Source of the DNA: an uncultured bacterium | GTDB lineage: Bacteria > RBG-13-61-14 > DATKZS01 | Assembly: GCA_964650485.1 (NCBI GenBank) | Contig: CAZYTX010000014.1 | Coordinates: 3,890 to 67,889, forward strand | DNA length: 64,000 nt | Direction: 5' to 3' | The notes under the pieces: model-generated | Databases searched by the model: none | What the model saw: only the letters and a program-made list of their open reading frames with translations | Told to the model about the DNA's origin: nothing | Shown: piece by piece, positions 45,267 to 54,457 of the stretch | Layout of the letters: each line of letters starts with the position of its first letter | Position numbering within the stretch: the first letter of the stretch is position 1 | Program-made: the position numbers and the translations under genes

Positions 45267-47090
45267 TCAAGACTCCACGGCCTCCTTCTCATCCGGGCCG
45301 TAATGGTCCTCGGCATAAGACCCCAGAAAGAACTGCATCTCGTAGAGCCGCTTGTACTCGCCGGCAAAATCCATGAGCTGGTTATGCGTTCCCTGCTCCA
45401 CCACCTCGCCCCTCTTTATGACCACTATCTTGTCCGCGTGCCTTATGGTGGAGAGCCGGTGGGCGATTGCTATTGTGGTCCTGTTCTTCATCAGGGAGTC
45501 GAGTGCCTTTTGCACCTCGCGCTCCGCGGAGGTGTCGAGCGCGGATGTTGCCTCGTCGAGGATAAGTATGGGCGGGTCTTTTAGCAGTGCCCGGGCGATG
45601 GCTATCCTCTGCTTCTCTCCCCCGGAGAGCCTCACCCCCCTCTCGCCTATGAGGGAGTCGTATCCTTCCGGCAGCCTGGATATGAACTCGTGGGCGTTGG
45701 CCGCCCTGGCCGCGGCCTTGATCTCCTCCATTCTCTTTTCTTCTGAGCCGTAGCGGATGTTGTTGGCCACGGTGTCGTTGAACAGGAAGGTCTCCTGTGT
45801 GACCACCCCGATCTGCATGCGCAGACTGTTCAAGGTCACGTCCCTTATGTCCGTGCCGTCAATTGTGATCCTTCCTTGTGTTACGTCGTAGAACCGGGGC
45901 AGGAGGTTCACCACCGTGGTCTTGCCGGCGCCCGACTCTCCCACCAGGGCCACCAGCTCGCCTTTCCTTGCCTCCAGGTTGAAGCTTTTCAGCACCATGT
46001 CGTTTTTATAGCGGAAGGACACGTCCTCGTACCTGATCTCTTTTTCCATGGGGGGCAGTGGCACAGCGTCCGGGGCCTCGGTCACGGTGCTCTGTTTTTC
46101 AAAGGTCTCCTGTATCCTTTCCGCAGCCCCGTAGGTTGCGTTGAACTCGCCGAAGATGGACCCCAGCTTGCGCACCGGGTTGTACATGAGCCCGAGCGCC
46201 ATGAGGTACGAGACGAACTTGCCTATCACGTCCGGGTCGGTCGCGGCCTGCTCGATTATCTTTACCGAGCCGAGATACGCCACCGGGGCCACGCCCAGGG
46301 AGGCTATCACTCCCAACAGCGGCGAGATCAACTGCTTTACCGCCTGGTACTTGAACTGTATCTTCAAGAGCCGGTCGTTCTCTTTTGCGTACTTTTCCAC
46401 CTCCTTCTGCTCGCGTGCAAAGGCCTTTACCACCTTGGCCCCGGCGTAGGTCTCCTGCATGATGCTGTGCAGCTCAGCCACCTGCCGGAGCCCTTTCTTG
46501 GTGTACCTCTTCATGGCCGAGCCCACCCGCTGGGTGGGATAAACCGTGAGCGGGATTGCAAGCAGGGCCAGGATGGACAGGTAAGGCTGCTGGTAAAAGC
46601 ACACCCCGGCCAGCAGGATGAGCTGGAACACGTTGTGGAAGGTGTCAATGGACAGCGGCACCACCCTCTGCATGCGGGCCACGTCGTTTACGGTCCGGGC
46701 CATCATCTCCCCGGTGGAGGTCCGCTCGTAGTGGTCCAGGCTGAGGAACATGAAGTGGTCGTAGAGCGCCACCCTGATGTCCCTTATCACCCTTACGATC
46801 AGCTTGCCCAGAAGATACTTTGACAGGAAGGTGAACACGCCCCTGTAAAGGAAGAGCACGATGATGAAGATAGGCAGTATCCACAGGACCGACCTGGCCT
46901 CTTCAGGCCTTTGCAGCATGAGGTTGGTGAAGGGGTCTGCGAGCACGGCCAGCGACGGGTCTGCAACCGACGCCAGGGCAGAGAGCACCACCACCAGGTA
47001 CACCGAGAACCTGTACCTCACGAAGTAGGGGTAGACGTACTTCCAGGTTTCCTTGAAGTGCGGCTTGTCTTTCTTTTTCCTGCTGCTCAA
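45267..47090 (-). CDS. msbA: Lipid A export ABC transporter permease/ATPase
   Basis: Six-TM N-terminal half. Walker A GESGAGKTT, signature LSGGEKQRIAIARA, Walker B ILILDEATSALD. It sits in a lipid A cluster. Confidence 0.85.
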   Translation of the reverse strand: MSSRKKKDKPHFKETWKYVYPYFVRYRFSVYLVVVLSALASVADPSLAVLADPFTNLMLQRPEEARSVLWILPIFIIVLFLYRGVFTFLSKYLLGKLIVRVIRDIRVALYDHFMFLSLDHYERTSTGEMMARTVNDVARMQRVVPLSIDTFHNVFQLILLAGVCFYQQPYLSILALLAIPLTVYPTQRVGSAMKRYTKKGLRQVAELHSIMQETYAGAKVVKAFAREQKEVEKYAKENDRLLKIQFKYQAVKQLISPLLGVIASLGVAPVAYLGSVKIIEQAATDPDVIGKFVSYLMALGLMYNPVRKLGSIFGEFNATYGAAERIQETFEKQSTVTEAPDAVPLPPMEKEIRYEDVSFRYKNDMVLKSFNLEARKGELVALVGESGAGKTTVVNLLPRFYDVTQGRITIDGTDIRDVTLNSLRMQIGVVTQETFLFNDTVANNIRYGSEEKRMEEIKAAARAANAHEFISRLPEGYDSLIGERGVRLSGGEKQRIAIARALLKDPPILILDEATSALDTSAEREVQKALDSLMKNRTTIAIAHRLSTIRHADKIVVIKRGEVVEQGTHNQLMDFAGEYKRLYEMQFFLGSYAEDHYGPDEKEAVES

Positions 47091-48055
47091 GCCAGGTCCT
47101 CCGGTCCCGGGGTCCTCTCTATGCAGTCGAGTATCTGGAGCGAGGTCGAGAGCGCACGCCTGCCGTCCTCCGCGGTCACCGGCGGCTGCTCCCTGGTCTC
47201 GACCGCGTGCAGGAATGCCTTTATCTCCATCTCCAGTGCGTCCTTGCTCTCCAGGGGGACTTCTTCCACCTTGATCCTGGACATGGGGTCATCGGGGTCT
47301 CCCTCTCCCAGGGAGAAGAGTGCCATTTTCTGCTCCTGGTAGTCAATGCTTATATAGCTTTCGTGCTGGAATATCTTGATTTTCCTCACCTGCTGTCCCA
47401 GCGAGACCCTGCTTGCGGTAAGGTTTGCCACCGCGCCGCTTACAAACTCTATCCTTGCGTTGGCCATGTCGGTCTTGTCGGATAGCACGGGCACGCCTAT
47501 GGCGGAGACCCGCTTTATGGGCGAGTGCACGAAGCTTAGCACTATGTCCAGGTCGTGTATCATGAGGTCGGTGACCACGTCAATGTTTGCCGCCCTCTCC
47601 TTGAAACCCGAGAGTCTCTCTGCCTGTATGAATGCCGGCTTCACCACCGAGTCCTTTAGCTTCATGATGGGGGGGTTGAACCGCTCCAGGTGCCCGGGCA
47701 TGTATACCCTGCCCAGCTCCTCTGCCATGCGGCAAAGCTCCGCGGCCTCCTCCGCGGTTGTTGTAACCGGCTTTTCCAACAGGATATCACATCCAGCGTT
47801 TAGACTCTCCTTTGCAACCTGGAAGTGGGCCGGCGTGGGTACGGCAATGGACACGGCGTCCACTTCGGACAACACTTCGCGGAAGTCATAGGCCGGCCTG
47901 GCCCCGTTATCCTCTGCGGCCCTGTCCGCCCTATCCTTCTCCACGTCCACGCAATAGAGAAGATCAGCGTCGTCCATGCCAGCGAACTTCTGGGCGTGGA
48001 ACCTGCCCAGGTAACCCACGCCTATGACCGCGACCTTGACCGGAGTTTTACCCAT
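47087..48055 (-). CDS. Gfo/Idh/MocA-family oxidoreductase
   Basis: VKVAVIGVGYLGRFHAQKF Rossmann start. 322 aa. It overlaps both flanking genes. Confidence 0.85.
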   Translation of the reverse strand: MGKTPVKVAVIGVGYLGRFHAQKFAGMDDADLLYCVDVEKDRADRAAEDNGARPAYDFREVLSEVDAVSIAVPTPAHFQVAKESLNAGCDILLEKPVTTTAEEAAELCRMAEELGRVYMPGHLERFNPPIMKLKDSVVKPAFIQAERLSGFKERAANIDVVTDLMIHDLDIVLSFVHSPIKRVSAIGVPVLSDKTDMANARIEFVSGAVANLTASRVSLGQQVRKIKIFQHESYISIDYQEQKMALFSLGEGDPDDPMSRIKVEEVPLESKDALEMEIKAFLHAVETREQPPVTAEDGRRALSTSLQILDCIERTPGPEDLA

Positions 48056-48920
48056 GTTCCGCCCTGAGGTTTGCGAGGTCCACGCCCACTATGCAAAGGC
48101 CCCGCTCGTCCGCACTCGCAACCATGGCATCCCTCTCCACCATCAGCACCATGCCGGCCTCCACAGCCAGCACACCCGCGGCCCGGCTGCTCATCACTCC
48201 CAGGGTGTCCATGCCCACCGCGGGCACGTCAAAGCGCATGTCCTGGCCCGGCTTTGCCACCTTGACCACCACTGCCCCGCCCTGCTCTCCCGGGCCCGGG
48301 CCGGACATGGCAAGCTCAGACCCCCGAACAATGGCCCGGTCCGTGCCTTCCACCGCCTCCACAGCCATCACCGCCTTGTGTCTTACCACCACGGTCTGAC
48401 CGATGTCCAGCTTCCCTATGGCCTTTGCAATGCCGGCCCCGAAGCCTATGTCCTCCCACTCGGATGCGCTCGGCTCCCTCGCGGTGAGCACGCCCTTCGG
48501 AGCGAAGAACTGCTCAAGAAAGCGCACCGCCTCCACCACCTCGATGCCCCTCCTGGAGAGCTCGTCAATCAACAGGGTCATGATGGTGTCAACCCGCCGG
48601 TCGGGGAGGCGCTTCCACAGCTCCCAGGCCAGCTCGTCGAACAGGGGCCTCCCGGCGAGCACGCTGGTCTGCGCCACGCTCCCGATGGTGACCGCCCTCT
48701 TTATGCCCCTCTCCTCGATGCTGCCAAACAGTGAGTCCAACTGGCAGAATGGAAGGACGGTGATTGACTCGGAGACCTCGGCCAGTCCCGGGTCCATCAT
48801 TCCATTGAAGCCGAATACGTGCACCTTGTAGCCCTTTTCACGGGCGGATGCGGCCACCATAACCGGCAGGCGTCCGTGCCCGGCCAGCAGCGCCAGGGCC
48901 TCAGTCTCTGATGATCCCAC
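48048..48920 (-). CDS. lpxI: UDP-2,3-diacylglucosamine diphosphatase LpxI (DUF1009)
   Basis: LALLAGHGRLP start and DIGQTVVVRHKAVMAVEAVEGTDRAI. It is positioned directly after lpxA. Confidence 0.82.
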   Translation of the reverse strand: MGSSETEALALLAGHGRLPVMVAASAREKGYKVHVFGFNGMMDPGLAEVSESITVLPFCQLDSLFGSIEERGIKRAVTIGSVAQTSVLAGRPLFDELAWELWKRLPDRRVDTIMTLLIDELSRRGIEVVEAVRFLEQFFAPKGVLTAREPSASEWEDIGFGAGIAKAIGKLDIGQTVVVRHKAVMAVEAVEGTDRAIVRGSELAMSGPGPGEQGGAVVVKVAKPGQDMRFDVPAVGMDTLGVMSSRAAGVLAVEAGMVLMVERDAMVASADERGLCIVGVDLANLRAEHG

Positions 48921-49680
48921 GTTCGCTCTCCCTTACGAACCTTATGAGCCGGGCCACTTCTTCGGTGCCCCCGAGCTCCTTCTCCGCCCTCTCGATCCCG
49001 TGCTCCAGAAGCACCCCCTTCTCGAACATGAAGCGGTAGGCTCTCCGCAAGTCCCTTTTGGCGCCCTCTTGCACCCCGGTCCTCTTGAGCCCCACCCGGT
49101 TCAGCCCCAGGAACCGGGGCGGCTCCCCCCCCACCATTGAGTAGGGGGGCACGTCCTTTACTATCCTGGCCATTCCCGCCACCATCACCGCGGTCCCCAC
49201 CTTGCAATGCTGGTGCACTCCCACCATGCCCCCGATCACGGCGTCGTCCTCCACCTGGACGTGCCCGGACAGGCTTGTGAGGTTTGCCATCACCACCCTG
49301 TCCCCCACCGTGCAGTCGTGCGCCAGGTGGCACCCCACCATAATGAAGTTGTGGGAGCCCAATGAGGTCACCCCCCCGCCCTCGGCCGTGCCCCGGTGTA
49401 TGGTGGTATACTCCCTTATCCTGTTGCCTTTTCCTATCCTCACTTTGGTGTCCTCGCCCTTGTAGTCGGTGTGCTGGGGAGGCCCGCCGATGTATGCGAA
49501 AGGCCCTATCCAGTTGTCTTCCCCCGCCTCTGTGCTCCCCTCGACCACCGCGTGCGAGCATACGACCGTGCCCCGGCCCAGGGACACGCCCGGGCCTATC
49601 ACGGCGAATGGCCCGATGCTCACGCCATCAGCGAGCTGGGCCCCGTCGTGCACCACCGCTCGGGGGTCAACCTCGGCCAC
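48901..49680 (-). CDS. lpxA: Acyl-ACP--UDP-N-acetylglucosamine O-acyltransferase
   Basis: AGGAGG lies 7 nt before the GTG at 49680. Hexapeptide repeats, PQHTDYKGEDT, REYTTIHRGT, HLAHDC, VKDVPPYSMV. Confidence 0.9.
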   Translation of the reverse strand: MAEVDPRAVVHDGAQLADGVSIGPFAVIGPGVSLGRGTVVCSHAVVEGSTEAGEDNWIGPFAYIGGPPQHTDYKGEDTKVRIGKGNRIREYTTIHRGTAEGGGVTSLGSHNFIMVGCHLAHDCTVGDRVVMANLTSLSGHVQVEDDAVIGGMVGVHQHCKVGTAVMVAGMARIVKDVPPYSMVGGEPPRFLGLNRVGLKRTGVQEGAKRDLRRAYRFMFEKGVLLEHGIERAEKELGGTEEVARLIRFVRESERGIIRD

Positions 49681-49766
49681 CGCACTCCTCCTTCCGGGTC
49701 GCCGGGAGCAACGCACGGCCTCCAGCGCATGGTTCGATCACGCCAGCCACTTTCAGGGGGGCCCTT

Positions 49767-50405
49767 CTACTTTTTCGCTCTCTCATCCACCGCCTCGATC
49801 ACCCGGTCGGTTATGTCCAGGGAGGGGTCGCGGTAGAGTATGGGGTTGAAGTTGGGCACGTTGGGGGTGGGGGGAGACACGTCCAGCACCAGGCAGTACT
49901 CGCCTTTGCTGCCTATGTCCTCCATGACCGCGTTCAGCTTCTCCTCGAAGGGCTTTAACATGGTGTCCTTCTTATCGTTCAGTTCCCTTTGGATCTTGGA
50001 CTTGTCCAGCCTGAGCGTCTGCATCACGTTGTTGTACCTCATCTGCAAAGTCTGCAGCTCGTTCTGCTTGGAGAGCTTGGTGTACTCGTCCCACACCTGA
50101 CTCTTCTGGATTATCTCCTGGGTGAGCTGGTTGATGCGCTTTTCCATCTCCTCCAGCTCGGCCTGCCTGGCCTTGAGAGGAGCAAAGGCCTTCTCCTGCT
50201 CGGCCTCGAGGTCCTGCTTGATCTTCTTTCCCTGCTTGCTCTCCTCCAGCACCCGGGCAAGGTTTACAAAGGCGACCCTGCATTCCATCCGGCCGCTTTT
50301 TTTCTCTCCCCCTTCCTGGTCCTGTGCGAGCGCGGCAGAGGTTATCATTGCCGCGGCCGTCATTACGCCTGCCACGGCCTTCCACCTGGATAATGCTGTT
50401 TTCAT
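49767..50405 (-). CDS. skp: OmpH/Skp-family periplasmic chaperone
   Basis: 212 aa with a signal peptide and a long coiled-coil body (QDLEAEQEKAFAPLKARQAELEEMEKRINQL). It lies downstream of bamA. Confidence 0.82.
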   Translation of the reverse strand: MKTALSRWKAVAGVMTAAAMITSAALAQDQEGGEKKSGRMECRVAFVNLARVLEESKQGKKIKQDLEAEQEKAFAPLKARQAELEEMEKRINQLTQEIIQKSQVWDEYTKLSKQNELQTLQMRYNNVMQTLRLDKSKIQRELNDKKDTMLKPFEEKLNAVMEDIGSKGEYCLVLDVSPPTPNVPNFNPILYRDPSLDITDRVIEAVDERAKK

Positions 50406-50452
50406 GGTATCCCCTTTCTTTCAGTAAATTTCAATGTTTTTACATAGTGCCT

Positions 50453-50735
50453 GTTGCGAAACTCTGGCTTCCCCTTTTATGCGGCGCAGCCGCATATTTG
50501 CCCCAACGGGGCTCAGTAATATAGTATCAGGGTCAGGCCCCTCGGGGCCGCCACCCTGGGAGACAAGCAGTCCCACATCTTCCATCCTGCCCTGAAGGGG
50601 CTGCATAAAAGGCTGTTATTTAACCCTTTCAGGGTATTTATAAATAACCTTGCCTCATACCCAGGGCGGCGGGCTACGCCCTTGCCCTGGGCTACTATAT
50701 TAAACCCCTTCGGGGCATAAACGGCGTTTCGCAAC
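50453..50735. repeat. 283-bp hairpin-rich element made of two inverted copies of a ~100-nt unit, between bamA and skp
   Basis: Both arms, read inward, share GTTGCGAAAC, then GCCCCnaaGGGG, then TAATATAGTA, then CAGGG...GCCGCC.CCCTGGG. See the finding for coordinates. Confidence 0.7.
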
Positions 50736-50749
50736 ACTAAATAAACCTT

Positions 50750-53053
50750 TCAGTACAACGTGCCTATTGAGAACACGAACTGCTGCGGGTCGTCCCCCGG
50801 CCTGGGGTCCAGGGGGAACGCCAGCTCGAACCTGAGCGGCCCCATGGGCGAGCGCCACCTCAGCCCGAAACCCCAGTCGGTGAGCAGATTGTCAAGGTCC
50901 ATGGGCTCATTGTCATTGTATACGTTTCCAGCCTCGTAGAACAGGGCGAACTTCATTCCCATCTGCTCGGAGAGCGGGACCAGGTACTCCGCGGAGAAGT
51001 AGAACTCCTTGTTCCCGCCGATGGGGGTGAGCGCGCCCGAGTCCTCCCTGAACAAAGGGCTTACCGAGGCCACCTCGTAACCGCGCAGCGACCTTGACCC
51101 GCCCTGGAAAAAGCGCTCTGTTATGAGCAGGTCGTCGCCCTGGTCAAAGCTCATCCACTTGCCCCGCATGTGCACTCCGGCGTAGGTGTCCATGAAAAGC
51201 GGCTGGAACCACCAGCCCTCCAGCAAGGTCTTTACAAAGTCGTTGTCTCCCCCGAAGAGCCCATGTCCGGCCACCTCCACCCGGGAGCGCAGCCTGTATC
51301 CGTCCGAGGGGTCTATGTAGTCGTTCAATGCATTCATGTCCAGGGTGGGGGCCAGACTGCTTATGACCGTATCGCTTGGCTGTTTCCTGTATATGGTAGA
51401 CGATTGGCTGAACCTTTGCAGGTCGGTGGTGAGATAGGAGTATGAGGTGAAAAAGCGCAGGTTGTGCAGGTGTGGCACCCTCCTTCCCAGGGTGACGCCC
51501 CCGCCCTGTCTGCTGTCCACGAACTCTACGTAGTATGTTTCATTGGAGAAGAGGTTGAGCCCGAAGTGCCACTTGGAGTCCAGGAAGTATGAGTCCGAGT
51601 AGTGGAAGTTATAGGTCTGGGTCTTGTCGCTCACGCTGGCCCGGAGGCTCATGTCCACGCCGTAGCCCAGGAAGTTCTGCTGCTGGTACTGGAGCATGAA
51701 GAAGTACTCCTCCGCGGTGGACACCCCGGCCCCGGCGCTGAACATGCCGCTCTGGCGCTCTTTTAGAGCGACCTCGATGTTCACACGGTCCGGCTCGCTC
51801 CCCGGCCTGGGTATGAACTGCACCTCGGAGAAGTAGCCCAGCTGCTTAACCCTGGCCTCGCTCTCGCGCACGGCCCGGGTGGAGTAGAGCTGGCCCTCCT
51901 TTATGGTGAGCTCGCGCCGGATGACCTTGTCTCGGGTCAAGAGATTGCCGCTCATCTCTATCCTCTCGATGTAAACCTTCCTGCCCTTCCGTATGTTCCA
52001 TACTATGTCCACCACGTGGGCCTCGCGGTCCATGTCAAGCTCGGGGTTGACCTCGGCCAGGGCGTAGCCGAGCTCACCATAGAGGTCTAACAGGCGCCTC
52101 TGGTCCTTCATGAACAAGCTCTTTCTGAATATCTGTCCGGGCTTTAGAAGGAACCCTTGTTTCAGTTCATCAGCAGGGACGACCAGGTCTCCCGCAACCT
52201 CGATCTTTCCCACCCTGTACTGCGGCCCTTCTTCCACCCCCAGGCCCAGCAGCACGTGCTTCTTGTCTTTTGTCAGAAGCCTCTCCGGGCTGGTGAAGGC
52301 CGACTCCAAATACCCCTGGTCCTCGTAAAAGAAGTCGAGCAGGTACTGGTCCCGTAGGAAATCCTCCCTGCTGTACTTCTTGGCGGTGAACACGCCTTCC
52401 TGCTTGGTGGTCATCCGTGTTCTCAGCTTCCAGTCGGGTATCTCTTCGTTGCCGAAGAACCTGATGCTCTTTACCGTGGGCTTTCTGCCCTCGTCCACCT
52501 TGAATACCACGTCCACCTGGTTAGGCCCGGCCTCGGTCACCTCCACCTCCACACGGGCCATGAAATAGCCCCGCTTGGAATACTCGTCCCGGATCTCGCC
52601 CTTTATGCTCCGCACCCTGGCCGGGTCGTACACGGACCTCTTGTTTATGTCAATTATGTTTTCAATCTCTTCATCGGTGAGCGCCTTTATGCCCTTGTGC
52701 TCCACCTTCCTCACCATGGGCTTCTCCTCGATGGAGTAGACAAGCACCACCCCTGGGCCCGGCCCCGGATGGGAGAGCTTCTCCACCCTGACGTCTTGCA
52801 CCAGACCGGAGTTGAAAAGGGAGTGGACGTCAGCGGTGACCTTGTCCGCGGAGAACTCCTCGCCTTCACGGGAAGAGATGTAGGACCTTATGGTCTCTTC
52901 CTCCAGGGCCTTGTTGCCTTTTACCCGTATCTCCCTTACGGGCTGGGACTGGGCTTTCAAGGGCTGGCCCGCACTCAGAAAGATTGCCATAAACAGCCCC
53001 GCGCCCAGCGCTTTCGTCATTGTTTTAACTGCTTTTTTCGGAAAAGAGTCCAA
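50750..53053 (-). CDS. bamA: Outer membrane protein assembly factor BamA
   Basis: 767 aa with a signal peptide, five POTRA-like segments and an Omp85 barrel ending ...FVFSIGTLY. The alternative start is at 53020 (MTKALGAG). Confidence 0.9.
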   Translation of the reverse strand: MDSFPKKAVKTMTKALGAGLFMAIFLSAGQPLKAQSQPVREIRVKGNKALEEETIRSYISSREGEEFSADKVTADVHSLFNSGLVQDVRVEKLSHPGPGPGVVLVYSIEEKPMVRKVEHKGIKALTDEEIENIIDINKRSVYDPARVRSIKGEIRDEYSKRGYFMARVEVEVTEAGPNQVDVVFKVDEGRKPTVKSIRFFGNEEIPDWKLRTRMTTKQEGVFTAKKYSREDFLRDQYLLDFFYEDQGYLESAFTSPERLLTKDKKHVLLGLGVEEGPQYRVGKIEVAGDLVVPADELKQGFLLKPGQIFRKSLFMKDQRRLLDLYGELGYALAEVNPELDMDREAHVVDIVWNIRKGRKVYIERIEMSGNLLTRDKVIRRELTIKEGQLYSTRAVRESEARVKQLGYFSEVQFIPRPGSEPDRVNIEVALKERQSGMFSAGAGVSTAEEYFFMLQYQQQNFLGYGVDMSLRASVSDKTQTYNFHYSDSYFLDSKWHFGLNLFSNETYYVEFVDSRQGGGVTLGRRVPHLHNLRFFTSYSYLTTDLQRFSQSSTIYRKQPSDTVISSLAPTLDMNALNDYIDPSDGYRLRSRVEVAGHGLFGGDNDFVKTLLEGWWFQPLFMDTYAGVHMRGKWMSFDQGDDLLITERFFQGGSRSLRGYEVASVSPLFREDSGALTPIGGNKEFYFSAEYLVPLSEQMGMKFALFYEAGNVYNDNEPMDLDNLLTDWGFGLRWRSPMGPLRFELAFPLDPRPGDDPQQFVFSIGTLY

Positions 53054-53233
53054 CTTTTTAAACGCCTCTTTGAATCCTTCAAGGTAACAGACAACCGCCG
53101 AGTACGCAAAAAGGCCGGGATCGGAACTTAAATAGCCCGGGAGCGTTGTCCCAGGCTATCTTGTTTTGCCGTTTTGCGGCTTAATTGATTTTCAGGCAAA
53201 AGGCCCTGAAGCTATGATCCCATGGCATATGGC

Positions 53234-54445
53234 CTATGCACCGTGCTGGCCTATGATCGCAATGGAGCACACGTTCATGAAGGGGAACCCGCCCAGGTTG
53301 TGTGTGAGTCCCAGCTTGGGGTCCTTTATCTGTCTCTTGTCCGCCCTTCCCTGAAGCTGCAAGTACATCTCGTATAACATGCGCAGCCCCGATGCCCCGA
53401 TGGGGTGGCCGAAGCACTTGAGCCCTCCGTCAACCTGGCAGGGCACGCCTCCCCCGTCCATGTTGTAGAACCCGTCCATCACGTCCTTTATCGCCTCTCC
53501 CCTGGGCGAGATGTGCAGGTCCTCGTATGTCACCAGCTCGGTGATGGAGAAGCAGTCGTGCAGCTCCATCATGGAGATCTCCTTGCGCGGGTCCTTGACC
53601 CCGGCCTCCTCGTATGCCTTGGTCGAGCACTTGTCCGTGGTCACGAAATGGTCACCCTGCCACTCGTTGTAGTTCACCTCGTACCCGTTGGAGAGCACGA
53701 GCTGGAGCGCCTTTACCGAGACGAAGTCCTTCTTGCCCATCTCTTTCGCTATCTCCGGCGTGGTGACGATTGCGCAGGCCGCGCCGTCGGAGACCCCGCA
53801 GCAGTCGTAAAGCCCCAGCGGGTCAGCCACTATGGGCGCGGCCATTATCTGCTCCACTGTGACCTCCCTTCTGAGGTGTGCCTTGGGGTTCAGGGCCCCG
53901 TTCTTGTGGCTCTTGGCTGACACGTGCGCCAGCGCGGTCTTGAGCTCGTCCCTGCTCTTTTGGTGCCTTGCCCGGTATGCGGATGCCAGTTGCGCAAAGC
54001 TTCCGGGCGCGGTGATGTTGGGCATCATGAGGAAGCGGTTGGGACCGGCATTCGAGCCGTGGTTTGGCAGGCCGCCGTAGCCGGTGTCCTTCAGCTTCTC
54101 CACACCGAGCGCCAAGCATATGTCGTACGCTCCCGAGGCCACGGCGTAGGATGCGCCCCTGAATGCCTCGGTGCCGGTGGCGCAGAAGTTCTCCACCCTG
54201 GTCACCGGTATGAAAGGCAGCCTGAGGCTCATGGACAGCGGCAGTGCCGAGAGCCCCACGTTGATGGACTGCATGGCCGAGCCCAGCCAGGCAGCCTGGA
54301 CCTCGCTCTTCTCGATGCCCGCGTCCGTAAGGCACTCCATGAACGCCTCGACCATGAGCTCCTCAGCGCCCATGTCCCAGCGCTCGCCGAACTTGGAGCA
54401 GCCCATTCCAAGTATGGCGACCTTGTCCCTTATTCCCGTAGCCAT
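53234..54445 (-). CDS. SCP-x/archaeal-type thiolase-family protein
   Basis: KVAILGMGCSKFGERW, nucleophile context RVENFCATGTEAF, C-terminal CFGHPIGASGLRM. Confidence 0.85.
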   Translation of the reverse strand: MATGIRDKVAILGMGCSKFGERWDMGAEELMVEAFMECLTDAGIEKSEVQAAWLGSAMQSINVGLSALPLSMSLRLPFIPVTRVENFCATGTEAFRGASYAVASGAYDICLALGVEKLKDTGYGGLPNHGSNAGPNRFLMMPNITAPGSFAQLASAYRARHQKSRDELKTALAHVSAKSHKNGALNPKAHLRREVTVEQIMAAPIVADPLGLYDCCGVSDGAACAIVTTPEIAKEMGKKDFVSVKALQLVLSNGYEVNYNEWQGDHFVTTDKCSTKAYEEAGVKDPRKEISMMELHDCFSITELVTYEDLHISPRGEAIKDVMDGFYNMDGGGVPCQVDGGLKCFGHPIGASGLRMLYEMYLQLQGRADKRQIKDPKLGLTHNLGGFPFMNVCSIAIIGQHGA

Positions 54446-54457
54446 TTTTAAACCTCC

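Noticed and set aside
50421-50737. ORFs of 61 and 74 aa on the minus strand in the bamA-skp spacer.
   Set aside because: They are composed of the hairpin-rich inverted-repeat sequence, have no RBS, and show improbable composition. The symmetry of the DNA explains the open frames.
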